In this document: in pieces, positions 1 to 11,908 of the stretch
How positions within the stretch are numbered: the stretch's first letter is position 1
How the letters are laid out: the number at the start of each line of letters is the position of its first letter
DNA from: Stegostoma tigrinum
Lineage: Eukaryota
Reading direction: 5' to 3'
Assembly (NCBI RefSeq): GCF_030684315.1
Contig: NC_081361.1
Coordinates: forward strand, 74,819,614-74,883,613
DNA length: 64,000 nt
Translations under genes and position numbers: made by a program
Notes under the pieces: generated by a model
Seen by the model: only the letters and a program-made list of their open reading frames with translations
What the model was told of the DNA's origin: nothing
Database searches by the model: none

Positions 1-674
1 TTAAAGGTGTGAGTGAGAACTTCGGCCACAAAGTGGGGAGTCGGAAGCTGTTACCGAGCTAGAGGTGGATCATCTTGGAGATGGAGAGGACATATAGTCA
101 AAGTTGATCTTGGTGACAGTAATGACACCAAACTTGTGAACAGTCTGTTTCAGATAGACAAGATTGGTAGGGGCAGGAAAGAATTTGGCGAGTAAAGAAT
201 GGAATTTGTGGTGTGGGATGATGGTGGGGCTTTAGGGAGATGCAAAGACATTGGATTTGGCCTCCCCAATATTTTAATTACCGGAAATGTCTGCTGGTTT
301 TGTACTGAATACTGGGTAAGTGTGATAAATCATGAACAATTTTAAGAGTAGCTAAGCATTTTACAATCATGTTTTCTTCCAAGGTTTTCTTCTTTCTTCC
401 TTTTAAAGTTACCAACTGAAATTCAAGAAAGAAGCAATGTATTTCTCACTGTATTACTAAAGTTGTGGGGAATACTGCAGCCTCCAAGTTTATGAAATAC
501 CATCTAGTGGTGGCACTGTGTACTTACATGTGTACAGATGCTTTTTGAATGAGAAGGCTGTGTGGTGCTATGAATAGCAATGATAGAATGTTGGCTTTAC
601 AACATAACAGCTAATTTTGCATAATGTAGAGCCATCCCCTTTCTTTTAATTTACAGTTGCCTCACTTCAGTGTC

Positions 675-1097
675 AGCTGTGGGTCAGTGGGTAGCACTGT
701 CATTGCTGAGACAGAAATTTGTGTGCTCAAGTTCAAGGGCTCCAGCACAAATTCCAGTCTGGCATTCCTGTGCAGTACTAATGCAGTGGGGTGAGGTGCT
801 GATTCAGGAGCTGAATGAGATAATATACAAAGGCTCCAATTATCTTCTCAGCATTGGACAGAAATTATCTCATGGCACTACTTTAAAGAAGAACGGTGGA
901 GTCCTGACCAATGTTTATCCCTTAATGTGGATCACAGAGACAGATCATCTTGTTATTTGCATATCACTGTTTGTGAGAGTTTTATGCATGCCAATTGGCT
1001 GCTGTGTTTCCTACATTACAACTGACTCACCTCTGTTGGTTCCAAACACTTTTGAGATGCCCAGTAATCATGAAAGATGCTGTATAAATGCAAGTCA
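675..1097 (+). mobile_element. Deu-domain SINE (SacSINE1/AmnSINE1-like), decayed
   Basis: tRNA-like head (gggtcagtgggtagcact), Deu-like core (aattggctgctgtgtttcctacattacaac) and tail (gaaagatgctgtataaatgcaagt) resemble the recalled DeuSINE consensus. Confidence 0.7.
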
Positions 1098-1225
1098 ACT
1101 TTGTTTTTTCTTCTTCCTTTTCTGGAAACTTGATATTTGACTTTGGTTGGTTTTCCATTGTTTTTCTGAATAAAGACATTTGGAAAGTTACTATGTAAGA
1201 GCTTTTAAAATGTACCCATTTATAA

Positions 1226-1423
<198 letters not shown>

Positions 1424-2055
1424 TGACATTTGTTGTGGCTGTCCGTAGTGTTTGCACGTGTGGGTAGGTATGCATATCTGGACTGGGAGGGTGCCCTGTT
1501 GTGAACAAAAATAAAAGGAGCTGCAGTCGACCATACAGATCCCCTAGCCTGCTCTGCCATTCAGTATGATCATGACTGATCATTGACTTTAACTCAACTT
1601 TCCTGTCCTTCTTCCCCTTTGTCGCCAGATTTCCTGGAAGACCAAAGATTTCTCTATTGCAGCTTAAATATTTTCAACAATTGAGCTCTCACAACAATCC
1701 AGGATAGAAAATTCCAAAGGTGCACAGCGCTCTGAGTGAAGAAATTTCTCTTCATATCAGGCCGAAGCCATTGTTTTTCCTGAGACTGTACTTCCATGTA
1801 TTATATTCCTCGGCCAGGGGAAACACTCTGTTTTGTGGCTTGAGGGGTGGTGTTCTGTCTATGTGGCTGGGTATTTTTCTATCTGACAGGTGCTCCTGAA
1901 CAGCTGTCTAATCCTGTCACAGAGCTGTGAAAGGGGAACTGGAACCATAAAAGTATTCTCCTCTTCTGACTGACACAAATGAAGGCAGACTCTGTGGGAT
2001 TACTGTGTGGGAATGATAAGATGCCAATTTATGCCTTGAATGCTGAGAACGTAAG

Positions 2056-3000
2056 AACATGAGAACATAGGAGCAGGCTGTGTAGCCCCTCAATCTGGCT
2101 CTGCCATTCAATAAGATCATGGCTGGTCTCTTCGTGCACTCAGGTCCACTCACCCATCTGTTCACCACAACTGTTAATCCCCTTACTGTTCAAAAATCCA
2201 TCTATCTTTGCCTTAAAAACATTCAATGAAGTAGCCTCAACTGCTTCACTGGGCAGGGAATTCCACAGATTCACAATCCTTTGGATGAAGAAGTTCCTCC
2301 TCAACTCAGTCCTAAATCTACTCCCCCTTATTTTGAGGCTATGCCCTCTTGTTCTCGTTTCACCTGCCAGTAAAAACATCCTCCCTGCTTCTATCTTATT
2401 TATTCCCTTCATAATTTTGTATGTTTCTATAGATCCCCCTTATTCTTCTAAATTCCAATGAATATAATCCCAGTCTACTCAATCTTTCCTCATAAGGCAA
2501 CCCTCACAACTCCAGAATCAACCTAGAGAACCTCCTCTGCGCCCAACTGCAGTGCCAGTACATCCTTCCTCACGTAAGGAGACCAAAACTGTACATAGTT
2601 CTCCAGGTTGGGTCTCACCAGCACCCAATACAGATGCAGCATAACCTTGTTTTTAAACTCCATCCCACTTGCAACGAAGGGCAATATTCCATTTGCCTTC
2701 TTAATTACCTGCTGCTCCTGCAAACCGATGTTTGGTGACTCATGCACAAGGACACCCAGGTCTCTCTGCACAGCCATTTGCTGTAATTCTTCACTATTTA
2801 AACAATAGCCCATTTTGCTGTCATTCCTACCAAAACGGATGACCTCACATTTACCAAACATTGTACTCCATCTGCCAGACCCTTGCACACTCACTAAACC
2901 TATCTCACTAAACCTCTGCAGACTTTGTGTCCTCTACACACTTTGCTGTACCAGTCATCTTAATGCTATCTGTGAACTTCGACACACAATACTTGGTCCC
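2056..3000 (-). mobile_element. CR1-clade LINE 3' fragment (ORF2 C-terminus and tail)
   Basis: Minus-strand peptides RDLGVLVH, LVRPNLENYVQFWSPY, TRGHSLKI..RRNFFIQRIVNLWNSLP are typical CR1 ORF2. Confidence 0.9.
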
Positions 3001-3649
3001 CAATTCTAAAGTCTGATCTTCTAAACCCTAAAATTCTAACCTTGACCACGTTGTCAGCAAAGACTGGTAAAGTGTACCACTAAGAACTAGGAAGGAGATT
3101 TTTTTTTCTCAATTCTACTATTTTCAACAAAACTGTAGACAAAGTTCTGGTGACTTTGGTGATGATGATCAAACAGAAGTAACAAACAGCCCCTGTTTTA
3201 AGCTGACTAGGCTCACAGCATAGTTACAGTCAATAAAGAGCATGGATTTTCAGTCTAGGCTGGATTTACCCATTATGCTATTTGTTTTTCTACAGTTCCT
3301 TCCTAGTGGAAGAATATCTATTGCAATTTTGCATAGCTGTAGCCAGTGACAACTAGATTAAAAGTCACACTTTAAGAAAGGCTCGAGAAGTAAAGAGCAA
3401 ATTATACAGGCAGGAAGATTCTGGTGGGTGGAGGGATAGATGGCTGAAGGCATTGATAGTAAAATAAAATAAACAAAAAACTGTGGATGCTGGAGATCTG
3501 GAATGAAGACAGAAACTCTGCTGTACTGATGAAGAGTTACCAGACTCAAAATATTAACTCTGCTTTCTCCCCACAGTTGTTGTCACACTTACTGAGTTTT
3601 GCCAGCAATTTCTGTTTTTGCATTGATGCTAAAGGTGAGATACACAATA

Positions 3650-4130
3650 CTGGTCACCTTGCCATAGGAAGGATGTTACTAAACTGGAAAGAGTGTAGAA
3701 AAGATTCACAAGGATATTACCAAGACTCTAAGGTTTGAGTTATAAGGAGAGGCTGGATAGGTTAGGACTGTGTTCCCTGGAACGTAAGAGGCTGAGGTTT
3801 ATACAATTGCGAGGGGTGTGGATAGAATGAATAGCCAAGGTGTTTTCCCCATACTGAGGGAATCAAAACTAGAGGGTGTAGGTTTAACGTGAGAGAGGAA
3901 AGATTTAAAAGGGACCCGAGGGGCAACTGTTTCACATGGGGTGGTGCATATGTGGAACAAGCTGCCGGAGGAAGTGTAGCGGTGAGTACAATTACAATAT
4001 TTAAAATACATTTGGACAGGTACATGGATAGGAGATGTTTAGAGGGTTACAGGCCAAACGCAGGCAAATGGTATTAATTCAGTTCAGGAATCCTGGCTGG
4101 CATGGAGTTGGGCCAGAGGGTCTGTTTCTG
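3650..4130 (+). mobile_element. CR1-clade LINE 3' fragment
   Basis: Decayed ORF2 end (ERFKRDPRGNCFT, ITIFKIHLDRYMD). Confidence 0.8.
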
Positions 4131-4540
4131 TTCTGAGAAAGTGTCACCAGAGTTGAAACAGATGCTGCCAGACCTGCGGAGCTTTTCCAGCAACTTTGAT
4201 TCTGTCTTGTATTCCTTTATGACTCTTAAGCTGAAATTGGGAACAGAAGTTTAAGAAGTGTGGGTTGGGGTCTATGCTCATACGAATTGAAGAAAATGGA
4301 GATAGGGAGCAAAACCAGGACTGAAGATGTTAAAATTGGAGATGTTGGGAAATTTGAAGTAAGTGCTGATCAGCAAGGACAGGAGCATGGGTGAAGAACA
4401 TTATTATCAGAGTGGTGTGAATGGTTCAAAATTGCAAAGTTTAAAGTAAAGAGGACTTAAATCCAATGACAGATGTGAAAGGATTAATGTCTTATTCAGT
4501 TACATAATTGACATTTTTATGTATGATGTGTCCCCCCCAG

Positions 4541-4693
4541 ATTAATATAAAACTGTACACACAAGACCTTGAGCGGGTGAAGATGGGTCACAGTGGAGTG
4601 CCAGACAGGCAGCTGCTAAACAAAGCAAAAGCCGATTTAGATTTAATATTGTCTGTGTGCCCCTGTCTAAAGACATACCTGGATATGGGACAG
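4541..4693 (+). CDS. TTC22: TTC22 penultimate coding exon
   Basis: cccccag|ATT...CAG|gtgagt; 153 bp; INIKLYTQDLERVKMGHSGVPDRQLLNKAKADLDLILSVCPCLKTYLDMGQ; in phase with both neighbouring exons. Confidence 0.93.
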
Positions 4694-5342
4694 GTGAGTA
4701 CTGTGTGATTGAGCTTTGTCAAGGCTTGCTTTTCTGTCAGTCAGGTAGCATAATGTTTATGTTCTTGGACTCCTCTTTCACTGAACCTCAGTATGTCCTG
4801 TGGCATTAGTGGGTCAATCTGACCAGAGGGAAAAATCTAACTGACTCTGACCTCCCACTAACCTACCTGTCAAAGATGCATTTGTCCATGAAAACTTTGA
4901 AAGAAGTAACCACCCATACTTCTGTTGCAATAGCATCCCATTTACCTATAGAGGACACTTTTTGGGTGGCATTAATATGTGTTAAATGGAATGAAGTCAA
5001 ATTGGATCCAGAAGCTCAAAACTGGGCATCCATGAAGTGATGTGAGCCATCATCATCAGCAATGGAACCTTATTCAAGTGCAATCTACAAACTCAGCATG
5101 TCCCTTAAACCAGGAGAGCAACCCTTGATCAATAAGGAGTGCACAGGAGTGTATGTGACTAGATGTTAGCGTTGAAACAATTAACTGACAATGGAAGCTG
5201 CACCAATCTTCAATCATAGGGAGTGCAATAAGTCAGTGGAAAAGAAGCTTGAAGCATTTGCAACCGGTCTGAAGTATCGTGTGAAATATTCATCTTGGCC
5301 TCCTCCAGAATCTTCAGCATTATTGATGCCAGTCATGGGCCA

Positions 5343-5518
5343 GAGTCAAAAAATGCAGAGCTGGAAAAGTACAGCAGGTCAGAAGAAGACTTTCCTGAAG
5401 AAGGGTTCCGACCTGAAACATTGACTTTCCTACTCCCTGGATGCTGTCTAACTTGCTGTGCTTTTGCAGCTCCACATTTTTTTACTCTGGCTTTTAGCAT
5501 CTGCAGTCCTTTCTGTCT
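5343..5518. mobile_element. Older palindromic PLE-terminus mini-element with degenerate hammerhead motif
   Basis: Inverted arms; ctgaagaagggttccgacctgaaacatt at ~5396; TSD ccagtcatg(g/a)gcca at 5329-5342 and 5519-5532. Confidence 0.7.
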
Positions 5519-6976
5519 CCAGTCATGAGCCAATTTGATTCATCCGCATGATACAACAGAACAGCACTGAATGCAACAAGAGTGAAGTGCCCTGAATACA
5601 ATCCAGCTCTAGTGTGAATGCTTTGTGCTGTAGAACAATCCCATACTCAAGATATTCCAATAGATCTAATAGAGGTACCCATTCTACCAGGACAATTGTT
5701 TTGATGTCAATAGAATGCAAATATAGGGGGCTAGAAAAATGTGTTCAGCCTAATCTTACCTTGATCCCACAGGTTGAGGTAGATTCAGATCTAGTCTAAA
5801 ACCTTGGAGTGCTTTTGACTCTGAGGTCTTGAGCACAAATTTGAAGTAGTGATAGAAAATGCCTTTGAAAGTAATCATCGGCCATCCAGCAGAAAAATAA
5901 TGTTTGGTACACCACATGGTCAGCGAACTGTAGATTAATATAGCTTCTGTAGCCCCCTTTTTAATTTGTAATGATTCAAGTTAACAGACGAGCTTCTGTT
6001 TAAACAGGCTTAATGTTGGTTTCATGTGAATTATTACAGAAGGTTCTGATGGGTTAAAGTTATTAATCAATAACTTTATCAATATTAGTCAAGTACCAGG
6101 ATTAAAACAAGTACAGATAAAGCAAAAACCATTCTTGTAAGAAGAAAATCCCAGTCAATCGAGAGGCCCATTATTTGAGTTTCTTGTTGAAGAGATTAAG
6201 ACTTAAAGTTATATCCAGTAGCTATGGTAGATTCTGTAATTGGATAGTTGGTATTTTCTTATCAATTAGATTTACAAAGGACAGCTCACTCTTTTTCTCC
6301 CTCTGTCTAGATAGAAACTTTCTGTCTAGGGAGCTTATGTTTTTGAGTCATTCATGGTTGACAAGCTAGAATTGTCACAGTTATCAAGTGACCTATGCAA
6401 AACTGAGTCCATATAATGCAGTAACATTCCATGGACAACTGTTCTCCTACTTGTGGTTCTTTTTTTTTGTAAAAGATATTTTTGAATCAACATGTTCAAA
6501 GATGTTGTTACATACCTCTGGAGCAGTTGGGACTTGAACCTGAGCCTCTTTGCCCAGAGGTAGGAACTTTTTTAGTTAAATTACCACCAATCACTCAAAT
6601 AACCCACGAAACAATAACAGTAACAAAACATACGGGAAAGTAGGAAGGGAGGGTGGGTACTAAATCAAAGTATAGTTGTAGGGGGAAATTGTGGTTCTAT
6701 GGTTTATTTGTGGTCAACACCCAATTTACATTGTTGCAATGATTCATCAATGAGTACTGTTAACTCCGAGAAATGAGTTTTTACATATTTGCATGTGTTT
6801 CTGTGTGATCCATGTAGAACTTCTGGTTGTACAGTCAGGTGACTTGTAGTAGTAACATTTTTAGCTTCTTGCCCAGTTGTACTCGGTTAATTTTTTTTTA
6901 CAGTAAGTGATATAGCCTTTAACAGACTTTCTCTTTAAAAAATGGCCCGTGGCTACACATTTGTAAAACGGTTCAT

Positions 6977-7310
6977 GGGGAGGTGATGACCAAGTGGTAT
7001 TCTTGCTGGGCCGTTAATCTAGAGTCCGAGGTGAAGTTCTGGGAACCTGGGTTCAAATCCTGCCATAATGGAATTTGAATTAAATCAAAATATGATATTA
7101 GGAGTCTACCGATGGTCATGATCCATTGCTGATTGTCGGGGGCAAAGCCCATCTGGTTCACTACTTTTAGGGAACGAAACTGCTATCGTTATCTGGTGTG
7201 GCCTACAAGTGAGTCCAGAACCACAGCAATTTGGTTAACTCTTAACTGCCCTCTAGAATGGGCAATAAATGCTGCCTAGCCAGTAATACCCTCATCCCTT
7301 GAATGATTTT
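6977..7310 (+). mobile_element. tRNA-derived SINE with LINE-like tail (related copies at ~33490-33660 -, ~52340-52760, ~57825-58190 +)
   Basis: B-box-like gggttcaaatcc, shared body (cccatctggttcact, ctcttaactgccctct) and tail gggcaataaatgctg repeated elsewhere in the window. Confidence 0.7.
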
Positions 7311-7488
7311 TAAAAAAGTTACCACAGATATCCGCTGTATATTAAACTGATGACTCATAAACTATTGAAGCTCTTTTGGATTATTTTCTAGATGTGTAAA
7401 TTTGTTTGTAATTTTGAAATGCACACATGCCCTTGTACAATTTCATTGTTCCGTTTGGAGTAGTAACCGATTTCTGTATTGCTGACAG

Positions 7489-7986
7489 GTTTGTTACTAC
7501 ATGGGGGTTGATGCCGTGCAGGAACTCCAGTTGGTGGATGAAAATGCACTAAACAATGCTTTAGTTTTCTTTGCCAAAGCCATGGAGCTTGACTTGGGAG
7601 ACACGCTGCCAGAGATCCAGTTGCTGAGAGGGAAGTGTTTACAGGTCAAAGGAGAGGAACACAATGCAGTTGAGTGCTTCAAACAAGCAATTGAACTTGA
7701 TGATGTAGGATCCCAGTACTCTGAGACATTCCGCTGCCTCATTGAATCACTATTGTCTCTGTTTATCCAGGAGAAATCCAGTGAGGAAATGGTTATCCGT
7801 GAGGTTGAAATTTGGGTAGAAAAAGCTGAGGCAAAGTATCAAATGGAGAGAGTCCGACGGGAACTACGCTCAATTTGTCGAAACCATATGCCCAAGATTT
7901 TGAAACTTGCCAGAGCTATGATCATATCTGGGAAGCTGCGAATAGTAAAATTACTTCTGGAAACAATGAATCCTGATCACACCTGA
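7489..7986 (+). CDS. TTC22: TTC22 terminal coding exon
   Basis: gctgacag|GTT; VCYYMGVDAVQELQLVDENALNNALVFFAKA...LPEIQLLRGKCL...LLLETMNPDHT*, matches recalled TTC22 C-terminus. Confidence 0.95.
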   Translation, partial: VCYYMGVDAVQELQLVDENALNNALVFFAKAMELDLGDTLPEIQLLRGKCLQVKGEEHNAVECFKQAIELDDVGSQYSETFRCLIESLLSLFIQEKSSEEMVIREVEIWVEKAEAKYQMERVRRELRSICRNHMPKILKLARAMIISGKLRIVKLLLETMNPDHT

Positions 7987-9682
7987 GTTAGCAAGATTTT
8001 GGTTAAGGAGTGAGTTATTTAAACACTTCCGTTATTTGTCTTTAAAAACCCACTACTTAAGGGTCTCTGTTGATAAACTTTGCCTTTTGTGTGGTGTTTA
8101 ATCAGATGGGACAAATGTTTAATGATTAGAGGCTAAATTGCAATCCAATCTCATCTTTTCACCATCATTTTGCCTTTTTTTTTGGCTGAGCTGCAAAAAG
8201 GTGTACTTGGTGTAAAATACCAAGTAGGTGACAACAAAACTTCGATTGGAATATGATTCTTCAAAAGAGATTTGTTCAACTGCTATTGATCAGTCACCAG
8301 TATCTCCTAACCATATTATGCTTACAATGTTTTTAGATACACTGTTGTCCGGGAATGATCAATGTGACCTTGATAGCACCTTCCTGACGAATGTCGGATC
8401 TTTCTGGTTTTCTGGAATTCCGTGGCAGAAATATTTAATGTATAAGTCGTCAGTAAAATGCTATTTTACTTTCAAACACTGGTATATCAGGCATTGTATT
8501 GGTTAATTGAAGGATAATGCACAGCGTACTTTATCCAACAATGTGACTCAATGTAACACCAATGGAACATCTACCACAATGCCAGACCATTTCCTACACA
8601 AGCCACCTCGGAATCTGTTTGAGAGAAATAATTGATTCAGAATGAGTATGTGCTGAGCTTTAAGTAGTTTTGTGCTGCAGTCTGCATCAAGACTGCTCTA
8701 GACTCATTCTGCTCTGACCACTATAACTGGCAGAGAACAGTTTTATTGCAGTTCGTGGAGATGAAAGAGGGTTACCTTAATCAGACATCACCAACTTCGT
8801 CGTCTCACTGTTTAATAGCATGTGTTGCATTAATATGCTATTAACATAATAGCTGGGATCTCACACTGGTAATTCTGATTGGTCTGTTGTTCATTGATTT
8901 TTTTTTAAAATTCTAAACTTTTCATACCCCGCAGAATCACAGCTAACTCATAAGACTGTCCCTTTTCTGGTTTATTAGGTTTAAACTGCTTACTTGCAAA
9001 GCAGTAATTGTATGAAATTTAAAATTATAGCAATGTGACTGAGTGAGTGAGTTGGTGCACTTATTGTGCTCAATTAATTTTATGATAAAGTGATTCAAAC
9101 ACCAGGACCAGATACTTGTGAAAATAAAGGCTTGAGGCTAACTCTTCTTCAAGCACAGGGAATTATTGATCCAGTGAAAATGTACCCGGCTTCCCCAGGT
9201 GTGATGATCTGCTTCAGTGACAGCTTTGCTGACAAAGTGGGTCCTTGAGACAGCTTCTGCCGTGTCTTCGGCGACACGGTGGTCCTGCCTGAGATTTGGC
9301 AAGTTTGATGTCAGATTTCTGCAGTGATGGAGAATGTGATTCCTCTTTTCTCCTCAACCTTGGGAACCCATGAGCTGTGAAGTGAACAAAGGAGGACTTT
9401 GTCTTCGTTTCTTTTAATATACAATTTCTGTTATTCATATTGGTGCTGGAGTATGGTGACTTAAACGCTCCTCATTGGTTTTGTTTTGTAAAAATAGAGG
9501 TGACAATAAATTACTATTCTGTTCAAAAGCCAAATACAATGGATGCTAGAAAATCTGAAGTAAGAGTGCTGTAGAAACTCAGCAGGTTAGAAGCAACTCA
9601 ACAGGAAGAGTTAATGTTTTGGACCATATGCTACTAAATAGTGAGATGGGGTCCTGGGTGATGACTGATTCAACATAACTGT

Positions 9683-9790
9683 CACAATCCCCACAGGGTC
9701 CACACACAACTTCCCACTTCTGTCTTTGACTGGCCCTGTTCCTACCCTAGTCATCCTCTTATTCATCACATCCCTATAGAAAGCTTTAGG
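9683..9790 (-). mobile_element. Short CR1 ORF2 fragment abutting the ERV leader
   Basis: KAFYRDVMNKRMTRVGTGPVKDRSGKLCVDP resembles the CR1 inter-domain motif. Confidence 0.65.
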
Positions 9791-10071
9791 GACAGGTAAC
9801 TGGAAAAGAGATCGGGGAGGATAGAGTCCCCCGGTGACCGGGGTTGAGTCCCTGAGTCTGGCAATTGGGAAAAGGGAGGGGGTTAGTATAAGATTGGGAA
9901 GGTATAAAAAGTGTTCAGACCTAGGTATAGAATAGGTACAGTGTCTGTCTGTCTCAACCACCCTGCCTTAGACCGGTTGTTAAGAGGGGAAATCCCCCAC
10001 GCGAAGGTCAGGACCCTGAAGTTGGTGTTGAGACTAAGGACACTGGTGCAGTACATAGAAACAAGTAAAAA

Positions 10072-11590
10072 GTGAAAGCGCTGGATAAGTCGGGTGTCGG
10101 AACCCCTTTACATTGGTTATGCTGGGATGACCCCGAAAATGAAGTACAGTACAGACGTCTGTTGGCATGCCTAAACAAAAAATTGGGAAATGAGAATTCG
10201 CCATTAGGGGGAACTTGGGATACAGATCTATGTACTAAAGCAGAAGAGGCACTGGAAAGGGTTAATGCCATTCTGGAGAAAGAGAGCTGAAGAGCTGACT
10301 GAAAAATCAAAACTGGCCAGTTGGGTGGATAATGCACATAGGAAAGGGATCAGTGCCTGTGATAATGAGGGGAAACCTAAAACTTGGGAAGTTTTAAAAT
10401 TGCAGTGTGAGGATCATGAGATGAAAGAAAGGGAAAGAGTTAAACAAGAAAGGCAGATGCGAGAACAACGAGACAAAGAAGGGGGATGAGAGCGGCAGGC
10501 CGCGTTGATAGGAAACAAAAAAGTTGGAGGTACCTCCTGACATATCTGGCATGCTGATGTTGCTCCAAATTAATGATAGAGATGAACAAGATGAGGAGGC
10601 CTTGGGAAGGCACCCCTTTGCCCCATCGGGACCACTACCCCTCGACAACCCTACCCGTCCTTGGCCAACCTACATCTGCAGGCACCCCAACGCTGCCATC
10701 AGTCCCAGCAATCGCCCGTAGCCCTGTCACCGCCACCGTACACTGACCAAACCAAACCTCCTGCTATAGAATCTCCAAGCCCTTCAGTAATCAGCCCACA
10801 TGAATCCCCTGACAAACCCGCAGCTTGTACAGACCCTATCTCCTGTCGTACTAAATCTAAAACTAATCAGACCATTAGTGGACAAAAGGAGGGACGGCAG
10901 AATTCTTTTAAAACCCATGAGAAGCCTGGGAAAACATAAGTCCCGTGTGCAGTTCAGTAGACCCTCTAGCACCTGTTTAGTGTTTCCTAGTGATTCTACA
11001 AGTAGCGAAGGGTATGACAGTCCCGATTCACAGGCAGAGGATCGTGAATCTGAGGACAGAGCTTGGAAGAGACCCTTGGATAACCGTCCCCTAAAGAAGG
11101 ACCCCCGTAAGAAAAATCACCGGCAATTTCCTAATCACATGGTCCCTCACCCAAAGCCAACACAAGTGGGTCAAAATACAATCAGAGATAATAGGAACTG
11201 CAGATGCTGGAGAATCCAAGATAATAAAATGTGAGGCTGGATGAACACAGCAGGCCAAGCAGCATCTCAGGAGCACAAAAGGTGACGTTTCGGGCCTAGA
11301 CCCTTCATCAGAGAGGGGGACCATTTATTCCAGAACCCTCACCGCAACCCCTCTCTGATGAAGGGTCTAGGCCCGAAACATCAGCTTTTGTGCTCCTGAG
11401 ATGCTGCTTGGCCTGCTGTGTTCATCCAGCCTCACATTTTATTATCTTAGGTCAAAATACAATGCAGGTCTATACCCCTTGGAAGCCACAAGATAAGTGT
11501 TTAATTATGTCAAGGGCCCCTGATCGAAAGACTAACCCAGAAGATTTTATAGATTACATCCTGGGCACTATTCAAATACATCAAGCCACC
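10072..11590 (+). pseudogene. gag: ERV gag remnant (MA, Pro-rich region with PPPY late domain, CA N-terminus)
   Basis: TPL...PLGGTWD (MA-like), PPPY at 10730-10741, QVYTPWKPQD...NPEDFIDYILGTIQIHQAT (CA-like); interrupted at 11183-11449 and truncated at ~11590. Confidence 0.8.
11183..11449. mobile_element. Palindromic Neptune-PLE terminus mini-element inserted in gag
   Basis: Two inverted copies of the PLE terminus; perfect 14-bp TSD ggtcaaaatacaat (11169-11182, 11450-11463). Confidence 0.9.
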
Positions 11591-11619
11591 CCCCCCAAGA
11601 CCTCATTAGCCTGTGCTGC

Positions 11620-11908
11620 GTCTTTGCTGCGCTCTCCAGCCCTCAGGGTCAGTTCCAGGAACTTGACCTCCCTCAACCTTATCTGTGCCTTCTTAGGGTT
11701 TATCTGAATCAACCCGCTCTTGCACAGGAGTTGTAACAACTCACTCAGTAGGGGGCCATGTTCCTCACTATTGCCTGTGAACAACAGGATGTCGTCCACG
11801 TACTGTACAAGCCTGTGTGGCTCACTGAAATCTTTTAAACAGTCTGCCATACACTGGTGGAAAATGCTGGGGCTATTATGGAAACCCTGTGGCAGACAAC
11901 TCCATGTG
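11620..11908 (-). pseudogene. pol: Retroviral reverse transcriptase fragment, downstream part, antisense to the ERV
   Basis: TWSCLPQGFHNSPSIFHQ...LVQYVDDILL...INPKKAQI..EVKFL. Confidence 0.9.

Noticed and set aside
9880-9960. TATA-like ggtataaaaag as part of a 5' LTR
   Set aside because: No similarity to 18799-19529 beyond this motif and no PBS follows; treated as leader sequence
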